Shown here piece after piece: positions 1 through 8,151 of a stretch of DNA of 33,604 bases (its first letter is position 1; every line of letters begins with the position of its first letter). Source of the stretch: a virus (lineage: Duplodnaviria; Caudoviricetes); IMG/VR virus record IMGVR_UViG_3300044731_001668, positions 1-33,604 of that record; one strand, given 5' to 3'. The position numbers and the translations under genes are program-made. The notes under the pieces are model-generated. The model was not told the DNA's origin, ran no database searches, and saw only the letters and a program-made list of their open reading frames with translations.

Positions 1-1
1 T

Positions 2-292
2 AATAAAGTTATAGAATGGAATAGTATTATTATAAACTTACATGACTCCCCAAAAGTATCTTTTCATAATATTCATAAAAAACTAAAATGTAATCTTTTA
101 ACAATTAGTTTTGCAACAGGTAAAATAACCGATAGTGTATTAGGATTATTGTATATTAAACATTTACATTTTCAAAGTACTAATGCAGAATGGAAACAAA
201 TTATTCTAAAACATTCAGAAGGTGATAAAGATATATTAGAATGTCAAGAAGAATTAATTACTAATGGATTAAGACAATACGCAAAATTATGA
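2..292 (+). CDS. Array paralog 1 (5'-truncated by window edge), conserved C-terminal ECQEELI-YAKL domain
   Basis: Frame 2 translated by hand is open from base 2: ...SFHNIHKKLKC...ITDSVLGLLYIK...WKQIILKH...DKDILECQEELITNGLRQYAKL-stop (TGA 290-292). Not in the ORF track because it lacks a start. Confidence 0.9.
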   Translation, partial: NKVIEWNSIIINLHDSPKVSFHNIHKKLKCNLLTISFATGKITDSVLGLLYIKHLHFQSTNAEWKQIILKHSEGDKDILECQEELITNGLRQYAKL

Positions 293-648
293 AAATAAAA
301 GAACTTTTTGAAGCTTCTACAACTCGAAAACATTTGACTGAAATGCCAACTAGCGAATTTAATAGTTATTCAGTCCAATTCGATTTTAAAGAACAAACTA
401 CATTAAAAGATATCCATAAATTAGTAAAGTGTAAACGACTTGTTATTAATGGTTGTGGAAATGTGACTGGTAATGTTTTAGGTTTATTATCAATGGATTT
501 ACTTCAACTAAGCTTTATTGGGATACCAGATAATAAATCTAGAATGTGGACTAACATAGTTATAAAGCATTTCTATGACGATAAAGATATATTAGAATGT
601 CAAGAAGAACTAATCGCTAATGGATTAAGACAATATGCAAAATTTTAG
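289..648 (+). CDS. Array paralog 2, essentially the stand-alone conserved C-terminal domain
   Basis: 119 aa; ATGA overlap with the previous gene; motifs LKDIHKLVKC, NVLGLL, W..IV.KH and DILECQEELIANGLRQYAKF. Confidence 0.9.
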   Translation: MKIKELFEASTTRKHLTEMPTSEFNSYSVQFDFKEQTTLKDIHKLVKCKRLVINGCGNVTGNVLGLLSMDLLQLSFIGIPDNKSRMWTNIVIKHFYDDKDILECQEELIANGLRQYAKF

Positions 649-683
649 TAAATAATAAAATATACTTTATTAGGATTTAAAAA

Positions 684-1016
684 ATGAAAGTAAAAGATTT
701 AATTAAAAGTCATTATGAACCATCTCAAAAATTTCCTGTTCATTCAAAAAATGATATATTAGCAACTGTTAATAAAGTTTTAGAAGGGTCTCATATATCT
801 TCTATTGGTTTAAAAATGATTTCTACTGATAGTCAAATTAGTAAAGGATTATTAATTTTTAAAGATAAAAAAACTAGATATAAAATCAATTATGAAGGAA
901 AAATATTTCATAATGCAACTGAAATCGGAGAAGTTAAAAAATCTGGAGATTTACATTCGCAATATTCTAATGCAATATTTTTATTAATTAAATGGATAAA
1001 AGAAAATGAAGGTTGA
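684..1016 (+). CDS. Hypothetical protein, stand-alone homolog of the N-terminal domain of 1006..1839
   Basis: AGGA SD and TAAATA upstream; aligns by eye with the N-terminus of the next ORF; lacks the array C-terminal motif. Confidence 0.8.
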   Translation: MKVKDLIKSHYEPSQKFPVHSKNDILATVNKVLEGSHISSIGLKMISTDSQISKGLLIFKDKKTRYKINYEGKIFHNATEIGEVKKSGDLHSQYSNAIFLLIKWIKENEG

Positions 1017-1839
1017 AGAATTATTAAAAGAAGATAATATACCTGCAGTTAGAGATTTACCTCCTATTGATAAAACTGAATTAGCTAATGTAATAAAACA
1101 AGTTAGAAATTCTAACGAATATAAAACTATTATTGACAAATATTTTAAAGAAATAACATCTCCAATTCAAGAAAAAAATGGAACATTAGCTTTTATTTTA
1201 AAAAATGCAGTTGGCGAATATTATATTTACAGTAATGGTCAATTAAGAACTAGTAGTTCAGATAGATTAACAAAATTGCCTTCTCCTACTCCAAATAAAG
1301 ATTTATATACCCGTTATATAAATTGTGTTATTGAATTAGAAAACAAAGCAATTAAAAGATTAAAAAAACCTATTGATGAATTAAAAATAATTGGTCAATC
1401 AATATCTTCTTTATCTGAATTGGAATTACCTGATGAGTGTAGAGCTATAACAATTAAAAATACTAATATTAGAAATTTAATAGCACTTCCTAAACAAATT
1501 AATAGTTTTATTAGAATTGAGAATAAACAATTATCTTCTTTAGAAGGTATTTCTGAATATAACGGAGCAATATTAATATTAAATAATCCTAAAATTGATA
1601 ATCTTCATAATATCCATAAATTAATTAAAAGTATGACAAGAGATTTTTATTTTGATGATGAAATTAAATTATCAGTGTTAGGTTTAATATTAATTCCAGG
1701 CATTAGAGAAATTATTTCTTATGGAGATAAAACTGCTGATGTTGCTAAAATATTGTCAAAACATATAAAATCTAAAGATATATTAGAATGCCAGGAAGAA
1801 CTTATTACTAATGGTTATAGAGATTATGCAAAACTTTAA
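1006..1839 (+). CDS. Array paralog 3 with LRR-like central repeats
   Basis: ISSLSELELP, IRNLIALP, LSSLEGI and IDNLHNIHK repeats; ends DILECQEELITNGYRDYAKL. Confidence 0.9.
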   Translation: MKVEELLKEDNIPAVRDLPPIDKTELANVIKQVRNSNEYKTIIDKYFKEITSPIQEKNGTLAFILKNAVGEYYIYSNGQLRTSSSDRLTKLPSPTPNKDLYTRYINCVIELENKAIKRLKKPIDELKIIGQSISSLSELELPDECRAITIKNTNIRNLIALPKQINSFIRIENKQLSSLEGISEYNGAILILNNPKIDNLHNIHKLIKSMTRDFYFDDEIKLSVLGLILIPGIREIISYGDKTADVAKILSKHIKSKDILECQEELITNGYRDYAKL

Positions 1840-1848
1840 AACATTAGT

Positions 1849-2403
1849 ATGAAATTATACGAAATATTTAATTCTAAAGTGGACTTAATGTGGCAAAAAC
1901 AGGGCAGATTTGATCTTGCTCCAATCTCATTTGAAGGATTACCATATCAAATTCAAATTGAAAAAAAGCCATTATATGATGTATTTGTTGAGGCGTTAAA
2001 AATAAAATCCGCTGAAGTATCTTTTTATAAAGTTGATGTAGATAATGAAGATAAAGCTCATAGCACTTCAAATGATTTTAAGATAAATCCTGCAATGTTA
2101 TATGGAGTAATTGCTAATTCAGTAAGTGAAAAATTTTCTGAATATGAAGCATTCTATTTTTCTGCTGAACGCAAACATTCAAATTCTGAAAAGGAATATA
2201 AACAAAAATGTAAAATTTATTTTTTTCTTGCTGACAAACTAAAGAAAAATTCTAATAATACAACTTATTACGAAAATGAAACAAACTTAAAAAAAGAATT
2301 CTTAGTTTGTAAAAAAGAAATAACTCCTAATAAACATTTCAAAAGTCCTTTTTTTGAAAATTTATTAGCTTTTTCTAGTGAACAATATATTAAAATAAAA
2401 TAA
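1849..2403 (+). CDS. Hypothetical protein unrelated to the array family, inserted within the array
   Basis: 184 aa ORF without the C-terminal motif, flanked by an exact 16-bp direct repeat (1825-1840 and 2410-2425). Confidence 0.8.
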   Translation: MKLYEIFNSKVDLMWQKQGRFDLAPISFEGLPYQIQIEKKPLYDVFVEALKIKSAEVSFYKVDVDNEDKAHSTSNDFKINPAMLYGVIANSVSEKFSEYEAFYFSAERKHSNSEKEYKQKCKIYFFLADKLKKNSNNTTYYENETNLKKEFLVCKKEITPNKHFKSPFFENLLAFSSEQYIKIK

Positions 2404-2410
2404 ACACAAT

Positions 2411-3112
2411 ATGCAAAACTTTAAACAATTTTTAAAAGAAGAAAAAACTTCTATTTTACAAGATTATGAAAATTTTAAATATCCTGTGATTTGCAAAGGA
2501 TTTGAGTTTAAAACTGGAGAAATATCTAGAAAATATTTTAAAAACGATGAATGGACTAAAGACGGTTTTTTGCAAGTATTGAATAGTGAAATAAAAAAAT
2601 TATTTAAAATGGATAATGTTGAAGCTGTAATCTTAAGAGAACAAATTTATAGCTTTATTCAAGTTGAAATTTATTATGGAATAACTAATAATCAACAAGG
2701 AACTGATGACAATCTTAATGAGTTTTTTTATTTGTGGGATAAATTATTACAACAAGAATTTCCAGAAACAAAAAATAGATATGTTGCAACGTGTTGGGTA
2801 AATGCTCCTTTACAAGTCATTTTAGAATTTCCTGAAGTTAATTTAGACTTTGCAAAAAATAAAAATGTTTCATTATCTGGAATAAATAAGTTCTTAAATT
2901 GCGAATATATTTTATTATCTGGTGGAGAAAATATTTCAAGTTCAATGTTATCTTTATTATTAATAAAAAGATTGAAAAAAATAATTCATATTACTGATAA
3001 TGATACTAAATTGATTGATATTTTTAATAAACATTTATCATCAGATAAAGATGTATTAGAATGTCAAGAAGAACTAATTACTAATGGATATAGACAATAT
3101 GCAAAGCTTTAA
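2411..3112 (+). CDS. Array paralog 4 (putative capsid-targeted protein)
   Basis: Starts MQNFKQFLKEE; ends DVLECQEELITNGYRQYAKL. Confidence 0.9.
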   Translation: MQNFKQFLKEEKTSILQDYENFKYPVICKGFEFKTGEISRKYFKNDEWTKDGFLQVLNSEIKKLFKMDNVEAVILREQIYSFIQVEIYYGITNNQQGTDDNLNEFFYLWDKLLQQEFPETKNRYVATCWVNAPLQVILEFPEVNLDFAKNKNVSLSGINKFLNCEYILLSGGENISSSMLSLLLIKRLKKIIHITDNDTKLIDIFNKHLSSDKDVLECQEELITNGYRQYAKL

Positions 3113-3749
3113 GCATTTCTTATCTGAAGAAATTGAGCATGGAAGATATTTCAACTATACATTAAAAGTTGAAAGACTTAACAATTCGAACATTTTACAA
3201 AATGTTCCTAAAGAAAAATGGGAAGATTTAGCTGAGAGCATTAGTCCACTGCTTAAATGTCAATGGTTTTTAGATTTCACAGTGAACCTTGTAATTGCAA
3301 ATCCAACTCAACAACAAATGGCTGATTATACTTGGTTTGAGAATATTGAAACTAAGTTGGAAGAAGGAGCAGATGAGTTGTTAAAGCCAACTATTTTGAC
3401 ATTTGATAAACAAAAAAGTTATGGGAAATTGGAGTATTATGGTGTGCCAATGAGTTTGATAGATTACAAGGTGATTAAATTATTTTTTAACACAAGAAGT
3501 CTTGCTTTAAGTGGTTTTAATAAAATGATTGGTAAAAATTGTGTACAATTGGATATATCAAATATGGATTTTGTGCAAAGCAATGTTCTTAGTTTATTAT
3601 TGCTTCCAAAAACTTGTAAAATTAAATGTAATACAATAAAAGAACCTTGGGTTAAAATAGTTGATAAACATTTACAATGTGATAGAGATATATTAGAATG
3701 TCAAGAAGAATTAATTACTAATGGATTAAGACAATATGCGAAACTTTAA
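3099..3749 (+). CDS. Array paralog 5
   Basis: Start reassigned from 3084 to the ATG at 3099 (MQSFKHFLSEE), giving the same 14-nt overlap as the other junctions; ends DILECQEELITNGLRQYAKL. Confidence 0.9.
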   Translation: MQSFKHFLSEEIEHGRYFNYTLKVERLNNSNILQNVPKEKWEDLAESISPLLKCQWFLDFTVNLVIANPTQQQMADYTWFENIETKLEEGADELLKPTILTFDKQKSYGKLEYYGVPMSLIDYKVIKLFFNTRSLALSGFNKMIGKNCVQLDISNMDFVQSNVLSLLLLPKTCKIKCNTIKEPWVKIVDKHLQCDRDILECQEELITNGLRQYAKL

Positions 3750-4371
3750 ACAATTTCTATTAAAAGAAAATGTCCAAAATTATCCTCAATTGAACATTTG
3801 GACTGCAATGCAAGATGAAAAAATTCCAGCAAAATATGCTAAACAATTTAAAGCAGCTATCAATCATCATATAACTGAAAAAGAGCATATGAAAGTTATT
3901 GAAGCAAGTCCAGATGATGGAAACTTTTTTGTATGTATTGAATTAATGCAACCAAATGATATTTTTAAAGCTTCTAGATTAATTGATACTGTTTTAGATA
4001 TTTGCGAAGGATTTGGTCAATTAGAAATGGGTAGTCAAGATATTTACTGCGAATGGCCGCCAGCCTATCCAATTTCAGCTTCTAATTATGTTGTTAATAT
4101 TCAATTAACAGAAGAAACATCTTCTAAAGAATTTAAAAAGCATATCGCATCTGCAGAAACACTTTCTATTCAATCAACTAAATATTTAACAGGATTTTTA
4201 GGTTTAATGTTATTAGATAAAAAAGTTAGATTTTTAGAATTTGATTTAGCTAATGCTGAATTTTACAAAGCTGAAAAAATTATTCAAGAGCATTTTGCTT
4301 CTGATAGAGATGTTTTAGAATGCCAAGAAGAACTCATTACTAATGGATTAAAACAATATGCAAAATTTTAA
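3736..4371 (+). CDS. Array paralog 6
   Basis: MRNFKQFLLKE start, conserved C-terminal motif, 14-nt overlap. Confidence 0.9.
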   Translation: MRNFKQFLLKENVQNYPQLNIWTAMQDEKIPAKYAKQFKAAINHHITEKEHMKVIEASPDDGNFFVCIELMQPNDIFKASRLIDTVLDICEGFGQLEMGSQDIYCEWPPAYPISASNYVVNIQLTEETSSKEFKKHIASAETLSIQSTKYLTGFLGLMLLDKKVRFLEFDLANAEFYKAEKIIQEHFASDRDVLECQEELITNGLKQYAKF

Positions 4372-5038
4372 ATCTTTCTTATTAAAAGAAGAAGAAAATC
4401 ATAATCCTAAAAATCATGATTTATCTTTAGCTATTAACTGTGATAGTAAAATTTATACACCTGAAATTGTTGAAGATTATGAAAATACTTATGATATTGA
4501 ATTGACAGAAAAAGAAATGTGTAATGAACTTTCTGAATTAATGCCTAATAAAAAGATTGATTGTTATTTTGCAAATACATTAATTGTTTCTGTTGATATT
4601 GATAAATCTGAAAAAAATATTACATTAGAATATCAAAATAAAATTACAAAAGAAGTTGAAGATAATCTAAATAAAATGTTGCATTCAATAATGCAAACTA
4701 AAGTGGTAACAAGTTCTCTTCTTATTAGAGAACAATTACCAGAAGATATTAAAATTCAGGCCAATATTGCAGATTTGTATTTACCATGGGCTAAACCATT
4801 TTCGTTATCTGGATTTGATAAACAACTATTATCTTGCAGAATACTTAATATTAAATTTCCTGAAAAAATTATTGGCGGAACATTATCATTATTAAAAATA
4901 AAAGATTTACATACTATTAACTGTGATATAAGTCCTGAATGGTTGAATATAATTAAAAAACACTTAACATCAAAAGATATATTAGAATGTCAGGAAGAAC
5001 TTATTACTAATGGATTTAGAGAATATGCAAAACTTTAA
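4358..5038 (+). CDS. Array paralog 7
   Basis: MQNFKSFLLKEE start, conserved C-terminal motif, 14-nt overlap. Confidence 0.9.
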   Translation: MQNFKSFLLKEEENHNPKNHDLSLAINCDSKIYTPEIVEDYENTYDIELTEKEMCNELSELMPNKKIDCYFANTLIVSVDIDKSEKNITLEYQNKITKEVEDNLNKMLHSIMQTKVVTSSLLIREQLPEDIKIQANIADLYLPWAKPFSLSGFDKQLLSCRILNIKFPEKIIGGTLSLLKIKDLHTINCDISPEWLNIIKKHLTSKDILECQEELITNGFREYAKL

Positions 5039-5672
5039 GCAATTTTTAAAAGAAGATAATAGTGAATATGTCATTAAATTGATTGTTGAATTTTCTATTA
5101 GATATGAAGATATTGAAGATTATCTTAAAGAACAAAAAGAAACTATTATAAAAAACATTGAAGAAAAAACCAATACTAAAGTATTCTTTTTTGATATTAG
5201 AAAACATTCATTTAGCATTGAATTGAAAATAAATAATGATAATCAATTAACTCAATTAATGCAGATTGAAAAAGAAGTTGTTGATATATTAGAAAAATAT
5301 AATAGCAATGACAGTTTTCAACATTTACCTAATGATACAAATTTAGAATTATTAGTAAATCATTCATTACCTCAACATATAAAAATTAGTTTTCCATACA
5401 TTTATATTACAGCACAAGGTCCTACATCGTTTAAAGGTATTAATAAAATCATTGGAGATTTTGAATTATTGCAAATACGTAATAATTCAAAAATAACAGA
5501 TAGTGTTTTAGGATTGTTACTATTAAATAAAACTAATAGAAAAATATCTTTATTATTTTCAAAAAATGAATGGGTTAAAATTTTAAATAAACATTTAGAG
5601 AATGATAATGATGTATTAGAATGTCAGGAAGAACTTATTACTAATGGATTAAGACAATATGCAAAACTTTAA
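5025..5672 (+). CDS. Array paralog 8
   Basis: Start reassigned from 5010 to the ATG at 5025 (MQNFKQFLKED); conserved C-terminal motif. Confidence 0.9.
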   Translation: MQNFKQFLKEDNSEYVIKLIVEFSIRYEDIEDYLKEQKETIIKNIEEKTNTKVFFFDIRKHSFSIELKINNDNQLTQLMQIEKEVVDILEKYNSNDSFQHLPNDTNLELLVNHSLPQHIKISFPYIYITAQGPTSFKGINKIIGDFELLQIRNNSKITDSVLGLLLLNKTNRKISLLFSKNEWVKILNKHLENDNDVLECQEELITNGLRQYAKL

Positions 5673-6336
5673 ATCATTTTTATCAGAAGAAGATAAAAAA
5701 GGGTATTTACGATTTGGAAAAACATTAATAATAAATAAAAAACCAAATGCTGATATTAATGAAGATAAAGTAACTAATGATATTGTTCAAATGTTTAAAG
5801 ATAATCCATTACCTAGTGGAACAAAACTTTATCACAGATTTGGAAGAATAGATAATAGTCAAATAAAATTAGGTTTTCAATTTAATGTATTAGAAGCTAA
5901 ATTTGGAAGTGATGCTAGTCATGAACCTATAATAGAACAAGTTAAAGATGTATTTGAACAATTACCTTATGTTTCAGGAAAATCTATTAGCGATAATACT
6001 GACTTTTGCTATATAACATATGGTTTACCAGAGTTCAATGTTGATACTTCTAGTAAAATTTATTTAGGAATAGATGGTGTATCAGCACCTCCAAGCTCTT
6101 TGCATAATATTCATAAAATTATTTCTGGAGAATGCCTAATTATTGATGTTCCTAGACGAATTAAAGATAGCGTATTAGGATTATTATTGATTAAAAAACT
6201 TGGAAAACTTGAAGAAGGTAGATTCATTGATAAATGGTGTGGTATTGTTATAAAACATTTTTATACTGATAAAGATGTGTTAGAATGTCAGGAAGAATTA
6301 ATTACTAAAGGGTTTAGACAATATGCAAAACTTTAA
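5659..6336 (+). CDS. Array paralog 9
   Basis: MQNFKSFLSEE start, conserved C-terminal motif, 14-nt overlap. Confidence 0.9.
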   Translation: MQNFKSFLSEEDKKGYLRFGKTLIINKKPNADINEDKVTNDIVQMFKDNPLPSGTKLYHRFGRIDNSQIKLGFQFNVLEAKFGSDASHEPIIEQVKDVFEQLPYVSGKSISDNTDFCYITYGLPEFNVDTSSKIYLGIDGVSAPPSSLHNIHKIISGECLIIDVPRRIKDSVLGLLLIKKLGKLEEGRFIDKWCGIVIKHFYTDKDVLECQEELITKGFRQYAKL

Positions 6337-7051
6337 ATCATTCTTATTAAAAGAAAATGATGAGGAAAAACAATATCCTTGGCAAATAACAACTAATGAA
6401 GAATTAGCAAAGCTTAAAAATTGGCAAGAAGATGAATTAGATGGGAAAATATTTTATTCTCAAGTAGAACCTTCTTCTGGTGAAGTTTTTCTTCAGGGTA
6501 GTATGAAAAATGGAAAATTTGAAATACTTAGCGATTGGCCATTTATTGATGATAGTTTACTAATTGATTATCAAGGTGGAAAATATTTACCATTTCAATT
6601 TAAAGAATGGAAAAATCCAACAAGAAATGGAGATTTATCATTAGAAACATTAAATATAACATCTTTAATAGGATTACCAGATATAGTTAAAGGTGCTTTT
6701 AATGTTATGGAATGTCATGGAATTAAATCTCTTGAAGGTTGTCCTTCTACAATAAAAGGATTATTATTTAATTGGATAGATATGCCTATCTCTAATCATA
6801 TTAATAAAACTGTTAAACAAGTTAGAAAAATAATATTACCTTATAATTATAATGGATTTTTATCATTTCTTTTAATTAACAAATTGGAGAATTTTTTAAT
6901 TACTGGTTCTTCTCAACATAGATATCCTGATATTAACAACAAATTAAAAGCTCAAGTTATTGTTAATAAACATTTAGTTCAGGATAGAGATGTGTTAGAA
7001 TGTCAAGAAGAATTAATTACTAATGGTTTAAGACAATATGCAAAACTTTAA
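6323..7051 (+). CDS. Array paralog 10 with LRR-like repeats
   Basis: ITSLIGLPDIVKGAF and IKSLEGCPSTIKG repeats; conserved termini. Confidence 0.9.
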   Translation: MQNFKSFLLKENDEEKQYPWQITTNEELAKLKNWQEDELDGKIFYSQVEPSSGEVFLQGSMKNGKFEILSDWPFIDDSLLIDYQGGKYLPFQFKEWKNPTRNGDLSLETLNITSLIGLPDIVKGAFNVMECHGIKSLEGCPSTIKGLLFNWIDMPISNHINKTVKQVRKIILPYNYNGFLSFLLINKLENFLITGSSQHRYPDINNKLKAQVIVNKHLVQDRDVLECQEELITNGLRQYAKL

Positions 7052-7610
7052 ATCTTTTCTAACAGAAGAAGAAAACTTTTTACTTTTTCCAAAACATGTT
7101 TCGCAAGAAGGATTTTTAATCCAATCATATCCTTCACATGTCAGTAGAAACTTTATTTGCGATGTCAAAAGTTTAAAATCATTAAAAGGATGTCCGACTA
7201 TAGTTGATGGAGAATTTAATTGTGCAAATTCAAAAATCACTTCATTGGAATATGGACCCATAGAAGTTGGTGGAAATTATTTATGCTGGTTTTCTAAAAT
7301 CACTTCATTAGAGTTTGCACCAAAAAAAGTTGGTGGTTCATTCGACTGTGCAGGAACAAAAATTACTTCATTAAAAGGAATTGGTAAAGATTATCTATTA
7401 GAGATTGGTGATGTATTAAATTGCGACACCACAAAAATCACTTCAAACATTTTAGGAGTACTTAAAATAAAAGGATTAAAAAATTTTAGATTTAACTCAA
7501 ATCGAGATATACAGGATATAATAAATAAACATTTATCTTCAGATAGAGATATATTAGAATGTCAGGAAGAATTAATTACTAAAGGATTTAGATACTATGC
7601 AAAATTTTAA
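7038..7610 (+). CDS. Array paralog 11, LRR-like repeat protein
   Basis: About 22-aa repeats LKSLKGCPTIVDGEFNCANSK, ITSLEYGPIEVGGNYLCWFSK and ITSLEFAPKKVGGSFDCAGTK; conserved termini. Confidence 0.9.
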   Translation: MQNFKSFLTEEENFLLFPKHVSQEGFLIQSYPSHVSRNFICDVKSLKSLKGCPTIVDGEFNCANSKITSLEYGPIEVGGNYLCWFSKITSLEFAPKKVGGSFDCAGTKITSLKGIGKDYLLEIGDVLNCDTTKITSNILGVLKIKGLKNFRFNSNRDIQDIINKHLSSDRDILECQEELITKGFRYYAKF

Positions 7611-8148
7611 ATCATTCTTGAAAGAAGGAAAAGATGATGTTTATTTAATGGATTTATATCCAAAATTAAAAGGATCTTTATTAGATTGTCCTTTCGAAGT
7701 TCCTAAAATAGTTAAAGGACAATTTGCTGTAAATTCTAACGAATTAACTTCTTTAGAAGGTGGGCCAAAAGAAGTCCATGGAGATTATTTTTGCCAATAT
7801 AATCAATTAACCTCTCTAAAATTCTGCGCTTTAAAAATTAATTCAAGTCTTTATTGTCATAATAATCCTATTGAAAATTTACAAGGTATTGGTAAACAAT
7901 ATTCAGGTGTTTATATTAAAAGTGTTTTATATTTGCCTGAAAGCATAACTTCACATATATTAGGTTTGCTACAAATAAATCAATTGCGTGCTATAGCTTT
8001 TATGAGAAATTCAACAGCATTTGCTAGAGATAGAACATTAATTAGCATAAAAGAAATTATAGATAAACATCTCAAATCTGATAGAGACATATTAGAATGT
8101 CAGGAAGAATTAATAACTAATAAATTAAGTTCATACGCCAAATTATAA
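7597..8148 (+). CDS. Array paralog 12 (last), LRR-like repeat protein
   Basis: LTSLEGGPKEVHGDYFCQYNQ and LTSLKFCALKINSSLYCHNNP repeats; ends DILECQEELITNKLSSYAKL. Confidence 0.9.
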   Translation: MQNFKSFLKEGKDDVYLMDLYPKLKGSLLDCPFEVPKIVKGQFAVNSNELTSLEGGPKEVHGDYFCQYNQLTSLKFCALKINSSLYCHNNPIENLQGIGKQYSGVYIKSVLYLPESITSHILGLLQINQLRAIAFMRNSTAFARDRTLISIKEIIDKHLKSDRDILECQEELITNKLSSYAKL

Positions 8149-8151
8149 ATA
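8144..8151 (+). promoter_or_regulatory. T4-type late promoter TATAAATA
   Basis: Exact match to the T4 late consensus 28 nt upstream of the head-completion gene. The AT-rich background limits specificity. Confidence 0.55.

Larger units (their letters stand above)
230..8148 (+). repeat. 12 dispersed copies of a 63-bp direct repeat at the 3' ends of array genes
   Basis: Consensus gat(a/g)tattagaatgtca(a/g)gaagaa(t/c)taattactaatggattaagacaatatgcaaaactttaa. Copies at 230-292, 586-648, 1777-1839, 3050-3112, 3687-3749, 4309-4371, 4976-5038, 5610-5672, 6274-6336, 6989-7051, 7548-7610 and 8086-8148. Confidence 0.95.

Noticed and set aside
646-651. TAG followed by TAA as a hint of stop-codon reassignment
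   Set aside because: Paralogs stop at the same position, and core genes translate full-length in the standard code.
3084-5024. Longer ORF-track starts at 3084 and 5010
   Set aside because: These ATGs are by-products of the aat-gga codons in the repeat. The starts at 3099 and 5025 give the conserved leader and 14-nt overlap.
230-8148. Regularly recurring repeats as a CRISPR array
   Set aside because: The repeats are protein-coding with synonymous variation, the intervening segments are whole genes hundreds of bases long, and no cas operon is present.
230-8148. Diversity-generating retroelement, integron or shufflon
   Set aside because: No reverse transcriptase or recombinase in the window, no adenine-specific template/variable pair, no attC-like palindromes, and all copies are direct repeats. 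An enzyme outside the window cannot be excluded.
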